From Utricularia gibba (Eukaryota; Plantae; Magnoliophyta), in contig NEEC01000009.1 in NCBI GenBank assembly GCA_002189035.1, positions 2,046,001 to 2,110,000 on the forward strand: a DNA stretch of 64,000 nt. Direction: 5' to 3'. Positions 37,881 through 51,100 of the stretch are shown here, one piece after another (position 1 is the first letter of the stretch; the number at the start of each line of letters is the position of its first letter). A model generated the notes under the pieces. That model saw nothing but the letters and a program-made list of their open reading frames with translations. It had not been told where the DNA came from and searched no databases. The position numbers and the translations under genes are program-made.

Positions 37881-39596
37881 GATTCAAGCTTCTATCTCCT
37901 TCTGAGAGGAAAGGATTCAAGAGACGAACTAATGAAAACTAGTAATCTCAGACAAACCAACTAGAAGATAACGCAGTTTTGGCGAATCAATAAACAAAGG
38001 CACTTCATCAAACACCAAGAAATAACCCAACTAAGATTATCGCTACATGATGGGAGATGGTCTTTGGGAGATAAGATAGCTTCATACGAATCTTCCAAAG
38101 AACTGAATCTACAAACACAAAGCAAGGAATCTCACAGAATCGGGTCCCGAATGGAATCAAAACCACAACAAGATTCAGAAAACCTGATAAATAATGACAA
38201 CCTTCCCCACGCCCGGGCCGTGGTACTCGATCGATCGACCGATCACAAGTCACTTGCCCCAGTTATCCAGCGTCAACGAGAGGAAAGTTCTAGTGATGAG
38301 AAAAAGCCGGCAATTACTAGCTCCGGTGACATCAAAAAGCCATCTTTTTCCTAAGAAATGACGATCAAAAAAATAATGGAGCTAGCAAGGCTACCACCTT
38401 ACCTCAACCACAAAGATTTTATTACAATTTCCTTGAACGAGACGTTATTGCCCATTTTCCGCCATCAGTCAAGGAAATGTCCAACCCCACGTCCATCCAA
38501 TTCGCAAAACGTCCAACAGTCGGCTGTTTCTTCTCTTCAAATCTATCGTGTCTTTTTCCCCTCTTCGTCCTGGGCCCTAGAACCCACTAACGCAACCATC
38601 CCAACCAACGATAGATTGGAAACGATGGGTAAAGCAATCAGTCAACTGCATCCCATGCTACACAACTCCCATTAAAGGACTACACTAAAAGCGAGGGGGC
38701 GTGCGGGAAGTACAAGTAAAAGAGGATCTTTACCTGAAACCATTAATAACCTCGATGAGAGTATGTTTGTTTCTCCGATAGATAGAGCCGTCCATCTCCA
38801 CTGGAATAAGTACAGTCTACATGAATTAAATAATTATTAGACCCAATTTTGGACCCAAAACGCAATTTTGGTATTGCTTGTGAATTCACTGTCTCCCCTT
38901 CCCAAAAATCAATTCTTGTAGACGGAAATAATTTTCGTTATGCAGATTCCCGGTCATCATCTGGCTTCGTCGATGGTACATTGACCGGCGGCAATGCCTA
39001 ATGTCCAAACGATTACAGATAGGAGGACGACGCCGATGAGGAGTAGCTGACGGCGACACAACGGGGGCAAATGGCGACGACATCAATGGGAGGGAGGAGG
39101 AGTTGATGATGCGAGATCGGATTTGGAGAAGATGGGGATATTATTGTAATCCTACACCACATTCATTACAACTTCAACCAACCAAACAAAACAAGCCCAT
39201 GAGTGCAAAAAAGTAAGTAGTCTTGTCATAAGTGGACCGAGCCGTTGTCCAATTCACGGCCCAAAAATAGAACGCCAACTGGGCCATAATAGCCCCAAGA
39301 GAAAAAGGAATACAAAACAAATGCACACCGACAATTTTTTATAAAGTTGGAAATTGATATTTTTTATGTATATTCTGTTATTTATTAAGAAAAATAGAAA
39401 AATATTCGTTATTCTGATTGGGGAAAAATCCCAAAAAGGCGTGTACACCTTTTTCAATTATTGAAATAAATATAATAATAAAAAAAGAAGAAGAAGAAGA
39501 GGTGCCCAACACCACACCACACCACACCCTGTGTAACAGAATACGTGGATAGCAAGAAGATATCCCGGAAATTAGGTCACACTGGGGGAGGTGGCG

Positions 39597-39763
39597 GGCC
39601 CCACGGGGGATGGCCACCAACAGTAACCGGACCCGACAAACGGGGCGCCCCACAGCGTGCGGCGAGGACACGTGTTCCTGGTGACACAATGGGGACCACA
39701 TGACCTCACGTGGCCGCGGTCACGCCCCCTCCTGCTGCCCTGGCCGGCCGTGTGGAGGACCAC
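39597..39763. promoter_or_regulatory. GC-rich transcription-factor motif cluster (candidate distal enhancer of BLH2/4-like)
   Basis: GGCCCCAC 39597, CCGACA 39633, CACGTG 39669 and 39707, GGGACCAC 39692, GGACCAC 39757, all within 170 bp of an otherwise AT-rich spacer. Confidence 0.45.
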
Positions 39764-42700
39764 AACGGGAAGCCCCCCCTTCTCCGAGAAGCGGCAGCGC
39801 TCACCTCCTCCTCTCCTTGGCATTATTTCATTTCCCCCCACGTCCCTTTCTCCTCCTTTGGCCCGCCCCCACCCCCCTCATCACCACATGAGATAAAAAC
39901 GATAAATTATTTATCCATTCAATACTCCTCCTCTGCTCTGTAACAGTAAAACTGTGGAAACGCAGCCACGATGGGGAACTCAAACGGCTTAAAAAGGGGG
40001 AGATGTGGCCATTTTCGGTCGCCGTGCCGCCGGAGAGAAAGAGAGATTCAGTCGACCCTCCGCCCCGGGGTAAAAAAACCTAACTACTCAAGGAATATCT
40101 GTCCCAGGAATCCCAACAACCAAACCCTCTCCCCCTTCGTGTTATTCCGAAGGATGTGTGCGTGCATCTGATGTGGAAGGGGGGGCGATTGCCATGGGAA
40201 TGTTGGTAGTGGTAGCCGCACACGAAAGTGACCACGAATGAGAGAGCCATCACTGCGCAGTCATCCCTCATCTCTTCTATTTTAATGCCGAAATGAATGA
40301 GCTGGCATGCAGTGATTTTAGGTGAGCCGATGTGGGATGCACAGCCCATTGCAAGCAAGTGATTATTGATGGGAGGAGCATTTCTCCTTTCTCCTCCATC
40401 TCTCCGGATTTGCAGCGGCTAAATGGAGGAGAATGATGGTTTTGGCACAGAGTTAAGAGACACAGCTACCCGCATTTGGATTAGGAACAATAATGGACAG
40501 ACACGGAGACTAGTTTGGCTACTTCCACCGTTTTCACATTTATTTCACCACAGTCGACAAATCTCTACCAACCCCCTGTTTTAAAATTCGGTTCCAGTAG
40601 ATATCATTTCAGTTCCAAACCCCATCAATCTATACCTTATAGTTTGTTTCCATGTTGTAGTAAAAATATATCCAATTAATTGAATCTCAAATAAGGATTA
40701 ATCTGTGTTGATTCCTTGGAAGGGGGGAAAAATTGAATCTTGAATATGAATGTCCAAAAAAATTGGATCTTGAATTCTTTGTAGTTCAAACACTGCAAGT
40801 AAGATTCAATTTTACTGTATAACTTATGTAGAATAGAATTAATTTTTAATTATAAAATTTATTTTTTAAACAGTATAAGGTTATATTATAAAATTTAATA
40901 TATTTAATATGATGAGAATTCAGATGTATATCTTTTCAAGTTATGTAAAAAGTAAATAATATAATTTTTTATTTAATCATTAAAATATAGATTTAATAAA
41001 TTAAATTTAATTTAAAAATCTAAAATTTTATATTTTACTCTAAATATTATAAAATTAAACAGTATTAACTTAAAAATTTATATAATTAGAAGGGGGGCCT
41101 AAACCGACATGCCATGGACGTGAAAAACAGAAGCACGACAATAAAATTAAAAGTATATATAGGAAAAAGGAACACAGTTGAGTACGTGGACCAATCAGAA
41201 GCAACCATATACGATGGGATGGTGGGATGACGTTTCCGGCGTCCAAATTAAGCTAATTATTTGTATTATTGTTGTTAATCTTTTATTTGTATTCTCGTTG
41301 GCCGTGTCTCACAGCTCCAAGTGTCCATTTGGTTGGCATTTTCACATCATTAGGAGAAAGGCTCTTTTCATCTGCAAAAAGATTATATAATAAAAAATGA
41401 TTAATTCACTTATTTCCTTCCCTAATTTCTAATCAAGAGGAGTGGGTGGTTTGCAGCCCCCCAGAGTGGAATACTTTTTAAATTTATCTCATTAATTTCT
41501 TAAAATTAGTTCCGATTACGTCCCTATCAACCCTTCATTAGTGTTTTTATGACGTAAGCAAAAAGACACGAAAATGTCGTTTCTGTCCCCCGCCTTCAGA
41601 AATTTTGAAATGAAATGGAGAATACGCCCAAATGAACCTTACGCGTTGTAAAAGGGGATTTATGGTCGAAATGTCGTTTTTGCCCCTATGCCCTCAAGAG
41701 GAATTATATTATTTTCACATTTTTGTCAATTTAATTCAATATTATGGAATTTGGTCCCTCTTTATCTTTCAATGGGTTAGAAGGCGATAAACTAAAACGA
41801 GACAAAAGATATTTTCCCTTTTATAAAAAAATGCGCCCTAGGGTTTTGACATTTTGCACCTGGGAGCAGTGACGCTGATGATGATATCCCATAGGACCAA
41901 TAATGCGAAATAAAAATAAAAAAAGGCTACTCGATTATATTAACGACAATCTGTTTTCCGATCATCCTCCCCTTCCAACTCCTCCTCTCCACAAGGAAAA
42001 ACAGCTTCCCCGGAGGCCGTCTCCACCGTTGCTGGTGGCGGTTGCGGCCAAAATGCGCGTCCTCCGGCCGATGGCCACCCTCTACCCACCGGCGTTTCCC
42101 CCTTTTTAACTCCACAGCTACTTATAGTTTTGAGCATATATTAATCTTCTATATGATAAAAAATTATATTTAGGTATCAAATTAATTTTCTAATTTATGG
42201 CTTGAATAATAGTGAAATAAAATTCACATCTTAGTTTAGCTAATCTAATTATGTGAAAATATAATACTATTTTTTTATTATTAAACGTATAAATTTTTGA
42301 ATTGTAAGAAGATAGACAATGTTAATGTTGTAAGAATTATTTACCTAGGAATATTTTGATCATGTGATAAATAATATTTAGGGAATGTGCAAATTAACAT
42401 TTGCATATATTCAGTATTTAATTATTAGGAAATTTTAATGTAAATTACAATAATCAATATATTTAATGATTTAAATTAATATAACTAATTGATTAATAGA
42501 TTAATTATTTTAAAAAAATTATATAAAATAAATGATACTTACCTTTTTTAATTGAGATTATCTAATTTCTTTTACGTTTAAAAAAATAAAAAAAAATATA
42601 TAATAAATTAAAATATCCTATCAAAGGAGAAAAATTGCATTTGATATATTAAGAGGGAGGTTCACGACATACTCCAGTTCTCGTGATATGATAGGGAGAA

Positions 42701-43575
42701 CTAGAGGGTGGGGCGGGGGGATAAAGATGTAACTTCACTGAGGTGGTCCTATTTGGTGAGGGACAATGTTGTCATTTAGCAATAACATGATTAATGAATA
42801 TTTCAGGTCTGTTATCCTTGTCCTCAGCTGAATCAAGAAAGGGAAGTTTCTTTGGCCAAGTTGGCGAGGAAATGCATAAAAAAAACATTATTCAATCAAC
42901 CAAAAAAATAATCTATTTAATATTATAAATAATAAAAAAAGATCGGTGGAGACGAATAGCGACGTCTCCTCCTCCCTCGGCCCCCTTCTCTCCTTTCTTC
43001 TGAAACAGGAGGGGGAATCAAATTGAAAAGTTGAAATTCGTAAATATTGAACTCTTGCTTGCTGTCTGTACATATATTCTTCTGCCTGAGCATCATCATT
43101 ATGGTTTAGGGATTGGTTGGTGTTTGGGATGTTTTGATGCTAACCCAGAACCCGAGAGGAGAACCGACTTCTTTTTCTCGAAGGCGATTGCAGTAGAAAA
43201 GGAGAGAAAGAAAGAGAAAGGTGGACAGAGAGGAATTGAATTGGACGACTGGGAGGTACTACTACTACTGCTACTGTTGGATCCTCTTGTTTTCACTTTC
43301 AAGGGCTGCGTTGCGGGATCGTAGAAGCCAAGAAGACAACGATGTTGCTCCCTGGTACATACCAATGGCAACCTACAGCAGGTATGATGTCCTTCCTTTA
43401 CGTCAACTGCAATCGGATTTGGGAAAAGGGATGTCTTCTTCTTCTTCTTCTTGGGCTGCTGCTGCTGCGGCTGCTGTGCCTGCTGCTTCTTTCCCCTTTT
43501 TGACCTTCTTCTTTGGATTGTCAATGGATGTGCAGGAGGAAGTGAAGATGCCATGGAGAAGAGAGGGTTGGGGAT

Positions 43576-46275
43576 ATGGGAATAGTGGCCGAGGTTAGAG
43601 ATTGCTTCTGCCATTCGTCTAGTTCTATGTCCCGGAATTACAATCAAGGTGTCTACGGCTTCGATCCGCCGTCTGCGGGCCGTCAGGCGCAGTTGGTGGG
43701 GATGGAGGAGGGTGGAGGGGGGATGCCGGTGTACGGAACCGGAGGTGGTGGTATGTTTCCGGAGATGTTTAGTTTTCAGCCCACTACGGCTACCGAGTTA
43801 CTGGAAAATCAGATTCTTCAGAGTTACGGGAATCCCAGAGTGCCCGCTACGGATTGGCTTTCTCATCAGCAACCGATGGTTGTCGGCGGCAGCGGCCGCG
43901 GTGGTTTGGGGAATTCGGGTGTGGATTCGGCCATGCACCTTTTTCTTATGAATCCGCACCAGCAAAAGTCTCCCTCTCCATCTCCGTCTTCTCCTCCTCC
44001 CCCTCCTCCTCCTCCGTCTGATGTTTTCAGTCAGTTCCCGTGGCTTTCTAGCGCCGCCGCCGCTGCGGGGGCCGGGGTCACTGCGGAAACTCAGGGTCTT
44101 TCGTTGTCGTTATCTTCGAACAAGGCGGAGGAGCTGTTTTATGTTTCAGGAGGTGGGCCGTACCAATTCAAGAACTTGATCGCCGACGGCGCCGGAGCCC
44201 TACAGTCCCACCATCATGCTGCTTCTTCTTCGTCCTCTTCTTCCTACGGTGCGTTGAATATGCTGAGGAACTCCAGATACGCTAAAGCTGCGCAAGAATT
44301 GCTCGAGGAGTTGTGCACCGTCGGTAAGAAAACCAAATCCCGCCAAAATAACAACATTCGGAGCGCCTCCGCCGATGCGGCCTTTCCCAAAGACACTCCT
44401 CCGACGTGCTCCGCCGCCGACCGCCTTGAGCATCATCGGAGAAAGGTCAAATTGACATCCATGCTGGACGAGGCATGTTCTCTCTTCCCTCCCATCCCTA
44501 ATTATCCTAATCATTCTCCTGCTTTATTTTTAGTAATATCAATCAACTCTCATCCTATTAAGTGTGAACTTATTTTGCGGCATGCAGGTAGAGAGAAGGT
44601 ACGGACGCTACTGCGAACAGATGCAGGCGGTGGTGAACTCCTTCGACATGGTGATGGGTTGCAAGGCGGCGGCGCCGTACACATCCCTAGCGCAAAGAGC
44701 AATGTCGCGGCATTTCCGTTCACTGAAGGATGCCATCGCCGGGCAGCTGAAACACAGTTGCGAGATGCTCGGAGAAAAAGAAACCCGCATCTCCAGCATC
44801 ACAAAGGGCGAGACGCCGCGCCTGAAAATCCTCGAACAGAGTCTCCGGCAACAACGAGCCTTCCACCAAATGGGAATGATGGAGCAAGAAGCCTGGCGCC
44901 CCCAACGTGGCCTACCCGAGAGATCCGTCAGCATTCTCAGAGCCTGGCTCTTCGAACATTTTCTCCATCCGTACGTCTCCTCTGCTCTTCCCTATCATTA
45001 AATTTCTAGAGTCTGGTCCAATTACTACTAAAAAAACATAACTAACAAGCCAATGATTATGCCTAACGAGGAGCCCCGTGAATTCTCAAACCCAGACAAA
45101 TTCAAACTATTTTATGTCTTAGAATATTGCCATGGAAGAACAAAAGCTACAAGTTCCTCTCGGTTTTGAAGCTTTTCATGGCTGCTTTCTTTTTCCCCTT
45201 TGTTTCTTGGTCGACTAAAGGCGTGGTCTCCTCCCATTCCAAAAGTTGTCCCAAATTTCTATCAGATTCCACTCAAATCATTCTCATTCTCATTCTCCTC
45301 CTGTACTTTTCCTCTTCACATCACAAATGTCTCCTTTGACCATCATATCTCACTGGGAATTCATTACCTTATAATCCAAACACTGTTTCTGACATCTGGT
45401 ATACTAGCTAGAAAGTTGAATAGTTTATGGGATGGATAGAAACACTGCTAAGTACCTTACCTTACAGTCATTTCCTGAGCATGCATGGGGGGGTTCCAGA
45501 TGATGCAAAGTGAAAAACAAAGGAAAAACAGGACAGTTAAATGATGTGTGAAAGAATATAAGCAATGGAGTACAATGAAGAAAGGCCTTTGCGTCGGTTT
45601 ATCTGATTTGGGAAAGAGGACTGTGAGTGTAACGCCACTGTCTTTTTCTTTCTGGTGATCTTTTTCCCAGGTATCCAAGCGACGCAGACAAGCATCTCCT
45701 AGCTAGACAGACGGGCCTCTCTAAAAACCAGGTACTGTAACTACTATTGTTCATTGGATTCTGAAGAACATACTGTTAGAAATACTGGAAAATGAAAAAA
45801 AAAAGATGTGGGTCATTATGAAACCAGGAAACAATTCCAGAATTTGCAGCTTTGCTACCCTTATGCTGTAGGGTTTACTGATTTGTGTGGGTAGAAATGA
45901 TGGGTCTACAGTTCTGGTGATTGATGAATTTGCAATGCTGTCCAGGTATCGAATTGGTTCATCAATGCGAGGGTCAGGTTGTGGAAGCCCATGGTAGAGC
46001 AAATGTACCAGCAGGAAGCCAAGGATGAAGAAGGTGATCGAGAAGAGAATAGCGGCGGCTCCGGCGCAACGCCGATGACCGTCTCGGCCTCGACTCCCTC
46101 GCAAACGAATACATCTGATAACCGTGAACCACCTGCGACGCCGACGAACGCTGATATCGAGTCCACCATGAAGAGATTCGGGATAAGCAGCGGCGGAGAC
46201 GTCTCGCTCACCCTAGGTCTACGGCACGCCGGCGGTGCGCCGGGGAGCACCAATTTCCCCCATGCTGGCCACTGA
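43576..46275 (+). CDS. BLH2/BLH4: BEL1-like homeodomain protein, BLH2/BLH4 (SAWTOOTH) clade
   Basis: Exons 43576-44472, 44588-44970, 45671-45731, 45946-46275. SKY box [19 protein letters not shown] domain, homeodomain [12 protein letters not shown]...[14 protein letters not shown]-terminal DVSLTLGL. N-terminus MGI...MSRNY is typical of this clade. Confidence 0.93.
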
Positions 46276-48161
46276 AGTAAAAGACCATATATATATATAT
46301 TTTCTTTTGGGGGGAAATTGGATAATACTGCCCAAGCTTTTAATAATTTATGAAGAAAATACTGAATACCGAAATTTAAAATACTAATTTTTCTTTAATG
46401 CTGATTTCACATCCTAATTTGGTGCTCGAATATGTCAAATTTAAATTCAATAAAAATAATAATAATAAAACAATATTATCCACATTAAATTATAATATCA
46501 CATATATTATAAGTCCACATCATGTGTTATGAAGGCCACACACTAACTCATAAAATGCTAGTAGTCAACTAATCATCGAAATTTAAGGAGTATTTTGGAA
46601 AAATTTTAAAATTTATTTATACTTTTTAAAATTTAAAATAATTTTGTTCTATAATATTTTAATTATAAAAATAATTCTATCAAAAACAATTTTAAAATTA
46701 TAACTATAAAATTTATTTTTGAAAAAGTAATTAGTTGATTATTTTTACTTTTTATAGTTAATTTCCAAAAATATTTTTGAAAAATAAATACATATTTAAA
46801 AAATTTTACATAACATTACTTTAATCATTTTTTTCTGAAATTTGCTCCAAATTTCATTTTTTATATCAAATTCAAAGCGTAATATTATATTTTTTGCATT
46901 TTATCATTTTTAATTGAAAATTTACTGTTCTGGTATTAAAATAGCTGCACCCACAATCGTATTTTGCAGCATATTGAATATAATATAAAATTTAATTTTT
47001 TGGATTTGAAGGTTAAAATGTTTAAAAATTGGCTGAAAATATATGAAGGGTAATGTAGTAATTAATATATTAATTGTGCTTTGGCATTTTGGGGGGAGTG
47101 GGGGACGGAACCAATGCCTTTGTTCGCTTCGTGGACCAGACCAGACCTAGGGACGGTGTTGGAGTCTGGACCAGACCCTCGGATCCCGAACCTAACACGC
47201 GCAAACAAACATTAATGATTTTTTGCAGTTTATAATAATTGAAATTAAGCAAAAAATGAATGAAAATAATGAGAATATATATTTAATCATTTGGATCCAA
47301 ACAAGCGTGATCTGGGCCTGGGTCTTGGGTAGGATCCATTGGGGGCCCAGGAAAGGAACAGCGCGCGCTTTTTTAATCCATCACGAGAGACAGGATGGCG
47401 GATGTGTCGTTCCCCGGTGCCGCCGCGTACGGCCGAGGGAATGTTCGTCTCCGCCGCAGCTTGAAAATTCGGGCTGTCCGAAGGGAACTCCGCGGCTGAG
47501 GATCGTTCTCTCAATGCCTCCTCCTCGATCACGGCCATGTAAGATGTCCCCGGAGATGCAAGAAGAATCTCTCCTCTTCCGATTCGCACAAATAAGGGGA
47601 CAGAGGGCAACAGGTTCGATGTGAAGCGATGCAAGTTCCTGCAAAACTGATCAGATCATTGCCATCAGCCTCAGAAGCCATTTTCTTGCCAAGTGATCCC
47701 CTCAGGTCCGTATGTCCATCATCGAAATCAGCATCCCCTGCGTTCTTTCTTTTTATTTATTTGTTCATTCAGAATCTGGGCTGCACTTTTGCAGTGGGTC
47801 TTGATGATAATCAAGAGGAGAACGTTCCTTCGTCTGATTCATCACTGAAGGCATGCATTAGTCCTTGGTATGTACCCCACTGTTCTTGTTAGTTGGCTAT
47901 GGCAAAGTTGAACAAAAAACTTGAAAAAAGAAAGCGCACTAATTAATCCTCATACTCATCGATGTTCATTGACTTCAGGAATATCATCTATGTAACCTTC
48001 ATGAATGCCCCACGCTACAGCTTCAAAATGTTTATGTTGTGGGCATCTTTTCCCACTCCAAGACATGATTTTTATACCTTGTCTTCAACGTATGTAACCA
48101 AATAACACTACAAGAAGATGGCATTACAAGCAAACATGTTCCGCCCGCAGCATCTCCAAAC

Positions 48162-51100
48162 TCAGTAAAGTCTTCCCCTGCAGTTTGATGATCCACACAG
48201 GCAGGGAGAGCCTTCTCCTGGTAGTATCTCGTAATGAAAGTCGTAAGTTAACTCCTCTCCAACGGCTATCTGCTCATGGATCAAACAACAAGGCACAGAG
48301 TTCGTAGGATAACAAAAAAGGAGGACCTGGGGAGAGAAAAAACTCAGACATGTAGTGCAGGGACTGCTTACATCTCGGTTGGCATAGAAGCCAACATGAG
48401 TGAGTTGAGTTTCCATGCTTTCCACAAGAACTCGGTGGTTCATGAGATTCGGTGAGCAGCTATGCACACAGGAGAATCAGGTTTTTAGAACTGTAATGCC
48501 TAGAGAAACTTGTAGGGAAGTTGTCATCTCTACCACTCACCTGTGATTGATGTAACGAGAAACGTTTCCATAATTCATTGCATCGATTATGTAACGAGCT
48601 TGTCCATCTGTCAGCCTGGTTATGTCATTGATCCGAGGGTTGATCTCATAAAAGTATCTGCAACCTTCTTCCCCATATCTTAAGTTTCAAAAAACACAGA
48701 AATGAGATCGCAAAATTCAGCAAGAGCAATCTGAGAATGGCAAGTTTACTATACATACCTCTTCCGTCTCTCATTGGCTTCCTCTTCATCTATTACCTCT
48801 CCGATGTACTCACACACAAATGTGCCTCGATGAATGGCTTCTCGTGCTCGTACAGCCCAACCCTGAAGTAATCAGCCGAAGCAAATGGTAAATTATCAAG
48901 CTTTTAGCAATCTATCATCCATACATCCCCTTTGAAGTTCTTACACAAAATGCATACATTGTTTGAGTGCTACCTTTCTTTCGGTTTTAAATATTTCCAG
49001 CTTCACTTGCAGTCCATTCTGCAAAACTCGGTTTTGGCAATCCCGGCTGCAACAGCATCTCTGATTGCATTCATAAACTAAACAGCCTTCCTGGTGACTC
49101 GAAAAAAAAAAAAAAAAAACTCAAATCCTTTTGAGATTCCAGCGTTCAAATGAAACAGAACATGAGAGTATGGACAACTCTAGCTTACCTCCAATATAAT
49201 CCGCCCGCTTTCATCATAGGGGAACCTTCCTTGCATTGAGTATCCATATATATCCTTGGCATCATCATAATCATTCTCAAGAAGATACACATGGTCACAT
49301 GTCTTCGGTGAGCATGCTGCTGGCTTACAAGTGCATCCCATCTGGAGACTCTGCATCACCAGTATTTATGAGCATTCGGTATGAATGAGATGAATAGATT
49401 TCATGATAATGCTGTTAATGACATTACATACCTCTGATTCAACGAAGAGGGAATGATGCAGTATTGATTTCGTTGCATATGTAAAGCTTTCCCATGGAAA
49501 AGAATAATCCATCATTTGCCCGTCAGTATTCAGAAGATTTTCATCCACAACACACGCTACGGGAACTGACTCTTGACCAAAACTTATGTCATCACATAGA
49601 ATGATATTTTTCTCAGAGAGATCAATGGAAAAGTGCTGAGAATCAATCACACAGTGGCATTCATCCATTATACAGTCTGAATCCATGGGAAATGATGGAG
49701 TGCAGGATCTGGACTTGTGTCTGTTGCCTGATGACTCCATGACTGTTGAGAGTGTTGTAGACCTTGTGGCTGCTTCGCACCCTTTAGGACATACAAAACT
49801 TTCTTGATGCCAACTAACCGAGACATTGTGCTCACTGCAAAATCTGGCAGCTCTCAGATAAACCCCCTCAGGCAGGGTGTCGTACTTGGCCTCCAAAGAC
49901 CTCTGCAAGGATACCTTACAACAAGCGGAGCTTGCAATTTCCAACAACTCCGAATTACTAGGCCTTGGTTTAGTTTTCTTAATTTCTGACATCAACACTT
50001 TTGCAATATCTGAACACTGAAAATCAGCTAATCTACCAAGAGCAGAAGCCTCTGGCGAGGCAGATGGAATCGAGACATCCTTGGGGCCAAAAGTTGATTC
50101 CTGAATTCTTTTGTTCAAATTTTGCACACTTCTATTTCTAATCCTATAAGATGCTGAATTCAATGCTTTTTGAAACCTCAAATGATTCAGACTACTTGAT
50201 TTCAGTTTTTGTGCATAAAACTGTGTGCTTTTCTTCACCACACGAGGACCAGAGATCCCTTGTCCCATATGAGCAGCTTGATGATGCCGGCCAAGATCAG
50301 GGAGCAAATCAAATTTTAATCCACAAAATCTGCAGACAAATCTCCTATTATCTGACTGAGTCTCAGATTTCATGTGTTCAACAGTGGAAGGATTGGCTGG
50401 TTCGGCTTTCTTCCCAGAACTACCACCTTGCTGCTTAGCATCATTTGGTGATCTCAAATCGCTGGGATGGGCTGAAGGAACGTGTAACCATAACTCTTCA
50501 GAATGCCCAAAGTGGCTACCACAAGGAATGCATTGTAGAAGCATGCAATGCTCAACAAAATCTACATGATGCCTCTGCTGTACATGTGACTCTAAGACTT
50601 TCTTGTTGGTAAAAGAGTCAAGGCAGATTGCACAGACGTAGCCCCTAAAGAGCCATTGTGCTTCTTTTTTATGGTTATCCATCCAATGTTTCCCAAGCAC
50701 CTGGTCATCAGGAAATGTCTCTGAGCAAATTTTACATTTGATGTCATCTTGTAGCTCGTTATCCTCAGACGTGTGCAACAAAACTGGAAATTCTTCGATG
50801 GCTGATGGAGGAAGTGAGTTCTGATCATCACCAAAGCCCCATAACATTTTTAGCCTCTCCTTCTCTTGGGACACCAGTTTCACTAAAAAGTGACCAGTTT
50901 TTTTGTCTTTGGATGCCTCGGCAATAGCCCACTGAAACTGCACTTCTTTAGGCACGGGGTTTCTTAAAGATAAAATACTCTTGAAAAGTCTGTAAAAGAG
51001 CTCGCATGCTTGGTGCAACTGCAACTTTTGATCCCTTGAGTGACATTTCCCCAGAAGATCCAGAAAAACCTCCTTGGAGATAATTCTACTCTTTCCATTT

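Noticed and set aside
40800-42650. AT-rich tracts as MITEs (also 4200-4600, 46400-47060, 61700-61900)
   Set aside because: No terminal inverted repeats or target-site duplications could be identified by eye.
43576-45009. 477-aa ORF as a single-exon BLH isoform
   Set aside because: It is chance read-through of the 115-nt GC-AG intron; past that point it is out of frame with the BELL domain and homeodomain.
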